A stretch of DNA of 49,486 nucleotides from an uncultured Treponemataceae bacterium (lineage in GTDB: Bacteria; Spirochaetota; Spirochaetia; Treponematales; Treponemataceae). This document shows, one piece after another, positions 1 through 7,333 of the stretch. How positions within the stretch are numbered: position 1 is the first letter of the stretch; each line of letters opens with the position of its first letter. A model generated the notes under the pieces. It was not told the origin of the DNA. It saw nothing but the letters and a program-made list of their open reading frames with translations, and did not search any database. The stretch lies in NCBI GenBank assembly GCA_964369855.1, contig CAYJGO010000001.1:1-49486 (forward strand), read 5' to 3'. A program made the translations under genes and the position numbers.

Positions 1-112
1 TAGAAAAATCACGCCCTTGTGCATTTACTTCATTAAAAACACTTTGAGCATTTTGCGAAAAACTCACTCCAATTAAACTAATAAAAACAACAACGAATAA
101 TATTTTCTTCAT
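1..112 (-). CDS. 5' end of an exported-protein gene that continues past the left window edge
   Basis: The reverse complement reads ATG (112..110) then MKKILFVVVFISLIGVSFSQNAQSVFNEVNAQGRDFS and stays open to the window edge. A K-rich n-region followed by a hydrophobic core looks like a Sec signal peptide. Confidence 0.4.
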   Translation of the reverse strand, partial: MKKILFVVVFISLIGVSFSQNAQSVFNEVNAQGRDFS

Positions 113-290
113 AATTGTAGTGTATCGAAGTTTTTTTTTAAGCACAAGTAGCTGAGTGATAAATATCTTGAAAAATAAACAAGTGTCTTATTTTTGCTTT
201 TTTAACTTTTTGAGGTAGCCAAAAATCCTATATCGTGTTATCCTTTTAATTAGGATGGCTTTTTTCATAAGCATTTAGCTTGGAGTTGGT

Positions 291-1337
291 ATGGAATCAA
301 ACGAAAGTGTAGATTTAGGCAAAAAAGTTTTTTTTCTCAACCCCCCTTTTGATTTTAAGAAAATAATCATTCCAATTTTATCTGATCTTGAGTATGAAAT
401 ATATGTAATTTCAAGCTATAAGTATGCGAAAGAAACCTTGCGTAATTATCCAGATTCAATTTGTTTCGTGTGCATCGATGGGGAAATGCCTATATCATAT
501 TGGTATAATTTTGTAGTTTCTTGTAATAATGATCTAGAGCTTTCAAGTGTCTGTTTGGGTGTCATGTCCGCCCATGCAGGTGCAAGTGATAGGAATCATT
601 TTTTGCTTAACGCCTTAATTCCAGCTGGCTTTGTGTCATTAGTAAGTAAAAAAGATGAACTTCTCTCCAAGATAGAAGGTATTTTAAGAATAAACAATGC
701 AAAGGGTATTCGAAAATATGTTAGAGTAGACTGTTCTTCGGATAAACTAATTCAAGCGCAGTGCAAAATAAATGATGAGATATATCCACTGAGAATTGCT
801 AATATAAGCTCTGCTGGTCTTTTATGCATAACAAAGACTGACATGGCACCTTTGTTTTCAGTGAATATGCTTATAAGAGACTTTGTTTTGGTCTTAAGGT
901 CACAAAAAATAAAATGTAATGCTGTAATCTTAAAGTCTTTTATAAGTGAGGGGCGGCTTTATTTGGTAATGCTTTTTACAAAAGGATTACCACATGTTGT
1001 AAAAACATCTATACAGGCCTATATTCGCTTTTTTTTGCAAAATTCAATTGACTCAAAAATTAATACAATTCAACCTGACACGACAGATTATTCTAAGCTC
1101 CATGAAGCTGCAATTGCTGCTGAAATAGATGAAGCATTTTTAATTTCAGTAGAAGATGAGATTAAATATGTTGAAGAGGTGGAGGGAATTACGTATGCTG
1201 ATGAAGCAGAAGATGCAGATGCTATTGAGCCTCCAATATTTGGTAAAGATGATGAAAAATCTCTGTTCAGTCAATTGAAGTACTTGGATCCTAAAAATTT
1301 AGAGACTGATGGAGATCTTATTGACGATATAAATTAG
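291..1337 (+). CDS. PilZ-domain c-di-GMP receptor with a receiver-like N-terminal domain and an acidic C-terminal tail
   Basis: 348-aa ORF with SD GGAG at 283-286. Residues 141-145 RKYVR (RxxxR) and 171-176 NISSAG ((D/N)xSxxG) are the two PilZ c-di-GMP-binding signatures at the canonical spacing of about 25 aa. The N-terminal ~120 aa are CheY-like (FVCIDGEMP). The last ~80 aa are D/E-rich. Confidence 0.75.
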   Translation: MESNESVDLGKKVFFLNPPFDFKKIIIPILSDLEYEIYVISSYKYAKETLRNYPDSICFVCIDGEMPISYWYNFVVSCNNDLELSSVCLGVMSAHAGASDRNHFLLNALIPAGFVSLVSKKDELLSKIEGILRINNAKGIRKYVRVDCSSDKLIQAQCKINDEIYPLRIANISSAGLLCITKTDMAPLFSVNMLIRDFVLVLRSQKIKCNAVILKSFISEGRLYLVMLFTKGLPHVVKTSIQAYIRFFLQNSIDSKINTIQPDTTDYSKLHEAAIAAEIDEAFLISVEDEIKYVEEVEGITYADEAEDADAIEPPIFGKDDEKSLFSQLKYLDPKNLETDGDLIDDIN

Positions 1338-1340
1338 GAT

Positions 1341-2075
1341 TTATGCTTTTAATAAGTCATTTACAACTTCACTTGCAATCAGTAGTCCTGCAACGGAGGG
1401 GACAAAGGAAATGCTCGCAGGTGGGCTTTCTTTAATTGGTGTTTCTTTCGAATATAGAACTTTCACATTTTGAATATTTCTTGCTTTTAATTCCCTTCTC
1501 ATTACCCTTGCAAGAGGACAAACACTTGTTTTTTTTATGTCTGCAATTTCAAATAGGTGAGGATTCATTTTATTTCCTGTCCCCATACTGCTAATTATTG
1601 GAATGGAATGTTTTTTTGCTAACTCAATTAAAAGTATTTTTGCACTTACAGTATCAATTGCATCAATAATGTAATTACAAGTTTTTAATTCATCTTCTAT
1701 CAGATGAATGGTGTCTGAAAGAAAAAAAATGGGATACGTTGTTACTTTTATGTTGGGATTAATATCTAAAATCCGTTTTTTTGCACACTCAGTTTTCAAT
1801 CCTCCAATTGTTGAATGCAATGCAAAAAGCTGTCTGTTTATGTTGCTCTCACAAATGATATCGTTATCAATAAGAAGAAAATTTGTAATTCCAACACGAG
1901 CCAAAGCCTCTAAAACAAAAGAGCCTACTCCACCAAGGCCAAATAGAGCAACTTTTGATGAATTTAATTTTTGCAAAGAAGTCTCCCCTATCAATTTCTG
2001 GGTTCGGGAAAATTGCGTTTCACCTTGGAGAGAGTTGTATTTCTTTGTACTATCTACACTTTCAGTTTCTTTCAT
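1341..2075 (-). CDS. tcdA: tRNA threonylcarbamoyladenosine dehydratase (ThiF/MoeB-type E1-like fold)
   Basis: Rossmann motif GLGGVGSFVLEALARVGITNFLLIDNDIICESNINRQ; length and layout fit TcdA/CsdL. The ORF-track start at 2150 is a TTG. I prefer the first ATG at 2075 (MKETESVD...). Confidence 0.8.
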   Translation of the reverse strand: MKETESVDSTKKYNSLQGETQFSRTQKLIGETSLQKLNSSKVALFGLGGVGSFVLEALARVGITNFLLIDNDIICESNINRQLFALHSTIGGLKTECAKKRILDINPNIKVTTYPIFFLSDTIHLIEDELKTCNYIIDAIDTVSAKILLIELAKKHSIPIISSMGTGNKMNPHLFEIADIKKTSVCPLARVMRRELKARNIQNVKVLYSKETPIKESPPASISFVPSVAGLLIASEVVNDLLKA

Positions 2076-2101
2076 TTTTAAATCCAAAAAATATTTTTTA
2101 T

Positions 2102-2110
2102 TGTGGATAA
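2102..2110 (-). promoter_or_regulatory. Perfect DnaA-box consensus 9-mer (TTATCCACA)
   Basis: The plus strand reads TGTGGATAA, so the minus strand reads TTATCCACA. It lies in the tcdA 5' region and is one of four DnaA-box-like 9-mers between 2102 and 2543. Confidence 0.35.
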
Positions 2111-2523
2111 GTTGTGTATAAATTATTGATATCTTATAAAAACATCCCAAAATAAAAATCTTTGTTATATAATAAAAAGCTATTGCAATTTTATCAAGTA
2201 CCTTTCTTAAAGTATTTAGAAAATTCTAGATTTTTTTCAAAGAGGAAATAAAAGGGGTATCCAACAAATCACCGCATAGATAAATAAATGACTTCAAAAT
2301 ACAACAAATTTATCCAAAATGTCTGATTTTTGGGTGTATTTTTAAAGAATTTTATGAAATACCTTTTTTTTAGCATGTTACCAATTATGAGTAAAAATAT
2401 TCATGTCAATACAATTTTAAAAATAAAAAATAAAAAATAGCGAATTTAAGAAAATTCTCTAAAAACAACTAAACAAACGTATGCGTATAGAAGGTTTTCC
2501 CGAAGAAGAAGATGTTTTCTGTA

Positions 2524-2543
2524 TGTGGAAAACTTGTGGAAAA
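2524..2543 (+). repeat. Tandem direct repeat TGTGGAAAA x2 with 11-bp phasing, upstream of the glgX promoter
   Basis: TGTGGAAAA occurs at 2524-2532 and 2535-2543. The repeat ends about 45 bp upstream of the glgX extended -10 element. Confidence 0.6.
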
Positions 2544-2587
2544 AAATAAATATATGATTTAATATTCTACCCAATTCTTGATTTATA

Positions 2588-2596
2588 TGGTATACT
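2588..2596 (+). promoter_or_regulatory. Extended -10 element TGGTATACT, 6 nt upstream of the glgX ATG
   Basis: TGGTATACT, then TTTATA, then ATG (2603). No SD. Confidence 0.45.
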
Positions 2597-2602
2597 TTTA
2601 TA

Positions 2603-4747
2603 ATGCAAGAAATTAAAGCGTATTGTGGAAGTCCTATGCCATATGGAGCTTCTAAAAAAAATGATGGTATTAATTTTAGTATATTTTCTCGAAATGCCAC
2701 TGGTGTTACAATTGAAATCTTTGCAAATGAAAACGACGATAACGCGTGCTATTGTTACACGTTTAACAATCAAAATAATAGAACTGGCGATGTGTGGCAT
2801 GTGTTTCTTGAAGGATTACAGCCTGGAGCTCTATATTTATATCGTGTTGATGGTCCCTTCAATCCAGAAAAAGGGCAGCGCTTTGATAAGAATGTGTATA
2901 TAATAGATCCGTATGCCAAGGCATTAACAAAGACCTCTCTTTTTGATAACCTTCCGAGAGATTACAAGGCTCCACAAGTCCAAGAAGATATTGTTTTATC
3001 AAAACGACTACAAGCTAGCCTTTTTCCCAAATGTGTAGTTGTTGACCAAGATGCATTTGATTGGCAAGGGGATCGGCCATTAAATTATCCACTGCGAAAA
3101 AGCATACTTTATGAAACTCACTTAAAAGGTTTTACACAAAGTGAATCATCTAACGTTAAGTATAAAGGAACATTTAAAGGGCTGACTGAAAAAATTCCGT
3201 ACTTAAAAGAGCTTGGAATAACTAGTGTTGAATTATTGCCAATCCAAGAATTTGATGAGTTTGAAAATAACAATAAAAACCCTAAAACAGGAGCACGGTT
3301 AACAAACTATTGGGGTTATAGTACAATGTCTTTTTTTGCCCCAAAGTGCACATATTCTTCTAACACAGAGCCAGGAATGTGTGTGCAAGAGTTCAAAGAA
3401 ATGGTTCGTGAGATGCATAAAAATGGTATAGAGATAATTCTTGATATTGTTTTTAATCACACGGCTGAAGGAAATGAGCAAGGTTTAACTTTTAACTTTA
3501 AGGGTTTGGATAACTCTATTTATTATATGCTTGAGGAGGCCGATAAAAGACGGTATAAAAATTACTCAGGCTGTGGAAATACACTAAATTGTAATCACCC
3601 TGTTGTACGAACGTTAATTATTGATTGTCTAAGATATTGGGTATGTGAAATGCATGTAGATGGTTTTCGCTTTGACTTAGGTTCAATTTTAGGCCGTGAT
3701 CAAAATGGAGATATAATGGAAAACCCGCCTATGCTAGAGCGCATAGCACAAGAACCTGTCTTACGAAATACAAAAATAATTGCAGAAGCATGGGATGCTG
3801 GAGGTGCTTACCAAGTAGGAGTCTTTCCTGGTGGTAGATGGGCTGAATGGAACGACCGTTATCGAGATGATATTAGAAAGTTTTGGCGCGGGGATGATAA
3901 TTGTGCAAATGGGGCTGCAACACGCCTTTCTGGGAGTTCAGATTTATACTTACGAGATGGTCGGAAACCTTTTCATTCAATCAATTTTTTAACGAGTCAT
4001 GACGGCTTTACTTTAAATGATTTGGTAAGTTATAACTCAAAACACAATGAAGAAAATGGGGAAGAAAACAGAGATGGATCAGACAATAACCTGAGCTATA
4101 ATTATGGTTATGAGGGAGAGACAACAAATAAAGAAATTGAAGTAATTCGAAACAGGCAAATAAAGAATTTTTTACTAACTCTTTTTTTATCACAAGGAAC
4201 TCCAATGCTTCTTGCTGGGGATGAATTTCGAAACACTCAAAGAGGGAATAATAACTCGTATTGTCAAGATAATGAAACGAGTTGGATAGACTGGAAACTT
4301 AAAGAAAGGCATTCTGAAATTTTTCGTTTTGCAAAAAAAAGCATTTCTTTTAGATTACATCACCCTGCTTTTTGTAGACCAGAGTTTTTTTTAGGGAAAG
4401 ACCTGTCGTATAATAGCTTACTTGATATAGCATGGTTTGATGAAAAAGCTCAGATGCGAGATTGGACGAAAGATAATAAATTTTTGGCATGTCTGCTTAA
4501 TGGAAGTAGAGCAGAAATTTTTAGCGACCGAGATGATAATGATTTTTACTTGTTAATAAATCCCTCAATGCAAGATATTTCTTTTATTCTAGCGCAACCA
4601 CGCACAGGGACAAAATGGTACAGGGCCATTGATACTTCCTTAGATGCACCACATGACTTTGCTGTTCCTGGAGAAGAAGGGATCATTTCACAAGACCAAC
4701 CGTATATATTAGCCGCACATAGTATGGCTGTATTGATTAGTAAATAA
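2603..4747 (+). CDS. glgX: Glycogen debranching enzyme (GH13 isoamylase type)
   Basis: N-terminus GSPMPYGAS..GINFSIFS. The four GH13 regions are present: DIVFNHTAEG, DGFRFDLGS, IIAEAWDAGG, NFLTSHDGFTLND. 714 aa. Confidence 0.9.
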   Translation: MQEIKAYCGSPMPYGASKKNDGINFSIFSRNATGVTIEIFANENDDNACYCYTFNNQNNRTGDVWHVFLEGLQPGALYLYRVDGPFNPEKGQRFDKNVYIIDPYAKALTKTSLFDNLPRDYKAPQVQEDIVLSKRLQASLFPKCVVVDQDAFDWQGDRPLNYPLRKSILYETHLKGFTQSESSNVKYKGTFKGLTEKIPYLKELGITSVELLPIQEFDEFENNNKNPKTGARLTNYWGYSTMSFFAPKCTYSSNTEPGMCVQEFKEMVREMHKNGIEIILDIVFNHTAEGNEQGLTFNFKGLDNSIYYMLEEADKRRYKNYSGCGNTLNCNHPVVRTLIIDCLRYWVCEMHVDGFRFDLGSILGRDQNGDIMENPPMLERIAQEPVLRNTKIIAEAWDAGGAYQVGVFPGGRWAEWNDRYRDDIRKFWRGDDNCANGAATRLSGSSDLYLRDGRKPFHSINFLTSHDGFTLNDLVSYNSKHNEENGEENRDGSDNNLSYNYGYEGETTNKEIEVIRNRQIKNFLLTLFLSQGTPMLLAGDEFRNTQRGNNNSYCQDNETSWIDWKLKERHSEIFRFAKKSISFRLHHPAFCRPEFFLGKDLSYNSLLDIAWFDEKAQMRDWTKDNKFLACLLNGSRAEIFSDRDDNDFYLLINPSMQDISFILAQPRTGTKWYRAIDTSLDAPHDFAVPGEEGIISQDQPYILAAHSMAVLISK

Positions 4748-4773
4748 CATTTGTAAGAAGAAGACAGGAGTGC

Positions 4774-4802
4774 TTGTGTATATGCGAAAAATAGGGTATA
4801 TT
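4774..4802 (+). promoter_or_regulatory. Sigma70-type promoter TTGTGT-N17-TATATT in the glgX-glgP spacer
   Basis: -35 TTGTGT at 4774-4779, a 17-nt spacer, and -10 TATATT at 4797-4802. This would give glgP its own transcript with an SD-containing leader of about 60 nt. Confidence 0.4.
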
Positions 4803-4867
4803 TTAAACAAGTATATGACTACTTACGCACTTATTTGGCAACATCTTATCTTAACTAAGGAGTGAGT

Positions 4868-7312
4868 ATGAATTTTGATTTAGAATCTTTTAAAGAACGA
4901 CTAAAGGCGCGCCTCAAACGACAGTATGGAAAAGAGCTTGATCAAGCGACACTTCGTCAAGTTTATGATGCAAGTGCGGCTTCTATTCAAGAAATTACAA
5001 TGGATAATTGGATGAAAACTCGTAATGCACATGAAGCAAAGGGAGTTCGTTCTGTTTATTACTTTTCAGCAGAGTTTCTTATGGGGCGAGCCCTAGGGAA
5101 TAACTTAATAAACACTTTAATAAAAGATAATGTGATTAGTGCATTAGACGACTTAGGTATTGACTATAATGAGATTGAAGATCAAGAGCCAGATGCAGCA
5201 TTAGGAAATGGCGGTCTGGGTCGCCTAGCAGCATGTTTTTTAGACTCACTTGCAACATTAAATTATCCTGCAGTAGGTTATGGAATACGATATGAGTATG
5301 GAATGTTCGAGCAGCACATTGAAAATGGTTTTCAAGTAGAATATCCTGATAACTGGCTTAGACATAGAGACCCATGGCAAATAAAAAGGAGTGATCTTTC
5401 TGTACAAGTTAGTTTAGGTGGAAATGTTGTTGTTAAAAAAGATTTGTCTGGCGAAGATGTTTTTTCCGTTGAAAATGCTGAAATAATAACTGCAACTCCA
5501 TTTGATACACCAATTATTGGATATGATACAAATACAATTAATACACTTCGTTTATGGCGGGCATCTTCTCCAAATGGTTTTGACTTACAGCTATTTAATG
5601 ATATGCATTATAACCGTGCCGTAGAAAGAAAAAATTCTGCAGAAAACATATCGAGGGTTCTTTATCCAAATGACGCAGGACCTTCTGGAAAAACATTACG
5701 CTTAAAGCAACAATACTTTTTCTGCTCTGCAAGTTTACAAGATCTTGTTAGAAAATATGTATGTACATATGGGAAGGATTTTTCAAAGTTTTCAGAGTTC
5801 CATGTTATTCAATTAAATGATACGCATCCAGTAGTAGCTATACCAGAGCTTATGAGAATTTTGATGGATGAATATCGAGTTGGATGGGAAGAAGCTTGGA
5901 GTGTCGTTACAAAAACGTTTGCGTATACGAATCATACAATTCTATCTGAGGCTTTAGAAAAGTGGCCAATAGATATTTTCCAAGGATTGCTGCCTAGAAT
6001 TTACCAAATTGTTGATGAGATTAACAGACGCTTTAATTTGGAAACAAAGGAAAGCTTTCCAAATGATTATGAAAAGCAAAATAGAATGAGTATCATTTCT
6101 AGAGGAATGATTCATATGGCGTGGTTGGCAATACATGCATGCTTTAGTGTAAATGGGGTTGCCGCGCTTCATACAAAAATCTTAAAAGAAAGTGAATTAA
6201 AAGATTGGACTGATTTGTATCCAACAAAATTCAATAATAAAACAAATGGTGTAACGCAAAGAAGGTGGTTGTTAAGTGCAAATCCACTGTTAGCAAATTT
6301 TATTAATGAAAAAATCGGACCGCAATGGCAAAAAGATTTTTCTTTACTAAAAGGGCTTGAAAAGTTCGCAGACGATGAGAATATTTTAAATGAGATTCTG
6401 GAAATAAAAAATAAAAACAAAGAGACTCTTGCATTATGGCTAAAAGAAACACAAAATGAATTTGTTGATGTTAATTCTATTTTTGATACACAAATTAAAA
6501 GGTTACACGAGTATAAAAGGCAACTTTTAAATGTATTGCATATAATATACTTGTACAATAAATTACTTGATGACCCTAGTTTCAATCCGCCAAGTAGAAC
6601 CTTCTTGTTTGGAGCAAAGGCCGCATCTGGTTATAGAAGGGCAAAAGCAATAATAAAGCTTATTACCTCTATTGCCGATAAAATAAATAATGATACAAGA
6701 ATTAGGGGAAAGCTTCGTATAATTTTTGTCCATAATTATAGAGTAACTGCAGCTGAAAAATTGTTTCCAGCATCTGATGTTTCTGAACAAATCTCAACAG
6801 CTGGAAAAGAAGCTTCTGGAACAGGAAACATGAAATTTATGATAAATGGGGCTTTAACACTAGGAACATTAGATGGGGCAAATATTGAAATAGTTGAAGA
6901 AGCTGGGGAAGAAAATGCTTTTATTTTTGGATTAACAGCTCAAGAGATTGTCGACATTGAAAAAACGTATAGTTATAACCCGCAAAAATATATTCAACAA
7001 AATCCAGGGTTAGCCCGTGCGTTAGAGCAGTTAATTGATGGAACCTTCTCTTCAGATACAGGAATGTTTAGAGAGTTATATGATTCACTTGTGTATGGAA
7101 TTGAAGGACAACGGCCAGATACGTATTATGTACTAGCTGATTTTGATGAGTATTGCATAGCGCAAGAAAAAGTAGCTGCTGCTTATGAGAACAAATTAGG
7201 TTGGGCAAGAAAGGTGCTTTTAAATATTGCTCGATCAGGAAAATTTTCATCAGATAGAACGATTGAAGATTATGTACAAGATATTTGGAAACTAAAAAAA
7301 ATTACGATTTAA
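4868..7312 (+). CDS. glgP: Glycogen/maltodextrin phosphorylase
   Basis: EPDAALGNGGLGRLAACFLDS and the PLP-lysine motif ISTAGKEASGTGNMKF. SD AAGGAG at 4857-4862 lies 5 nt before ATG 4868. The ORF-track start at 4862 is an in-frame GTG inside the SD spacer. Confidence 0.95.
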   Translation: MNFDLESFKERLKARLKRQYGKELDQATLRQVYDASAASIQEITMDNWMKTRNAHEAKGVRSVYYFSAEFLMGRALGNNLINTLIKDNVISALDDLGIDYNEIEDQEPDAALGNGGLGRLAACFLDSLATLNYPAVGYGIRYEYGMFEQHIENGFQVEYPDNWLRHRDPWQIKRSDLSVQVSLGGNVVVKKDLSGEDVFSVENAEIITATPFDTPIIGYDTNTINTLRLWRASSPNGFDLQLFNDMHYNRAVERKNSAENISRVLYPNDAGPSGKTLRLKQQYFFCSASLQDLVRKYVCTYGKDFSKFSEFHVIQLNDTHPVVAIPELMRILMDEYRVGWEEAWSVVTKTFAYTNHTILSEALEKWPIDIFQGLLPRIYQIVDEINRRFNLETKESFPNDYEKQNRMSIISRGMIHMAWLAIHACFSVNGVAALHTKILKESELKDWTDLYPTKFNNKTNGVTQRRWLLSANPLLANFINEKIGPQWQKDFSLLKGLEKFADDENILNEILEIKNKNKETLALWLKETQNEFVDVNSIFDTQIKRLHEYKRQLLNVLHIIYLYNKLLDDPSFNPPSRTFLFGAKAASGYRRAKAIIKLITSIADKINNDTRIRGKLRIIFVHNYRVTAAEKLFPASDVSEQISTAGKEASGTGNMKFMINGALTLGTLDGANIEIVEEAGEENAFIFGLTAQEIVDIEKTYSYNPQKYIQQNPGLARALEQLIDGTFSSDTGMFRELYDSLVYGIEGQRPDTYYVLADFDEYCIAQEKVAAAYENKLGWARKVLLNIARSGKFSSDRTIEDYVQDIWKLKKITI

Positions 7313-7333
7313 CATCTGTTTAAGGAGAAAAAA

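Noticed and set aside
2446-2800. ORFs 2446-2700 (-) and 2567-2800 (-) spanning the glgX promoter and start.
   Set aside because: They overlap the secure glgX N-terminus in antisense. They have no SD or motif content and run through the AT-rich spacer. Spurious.
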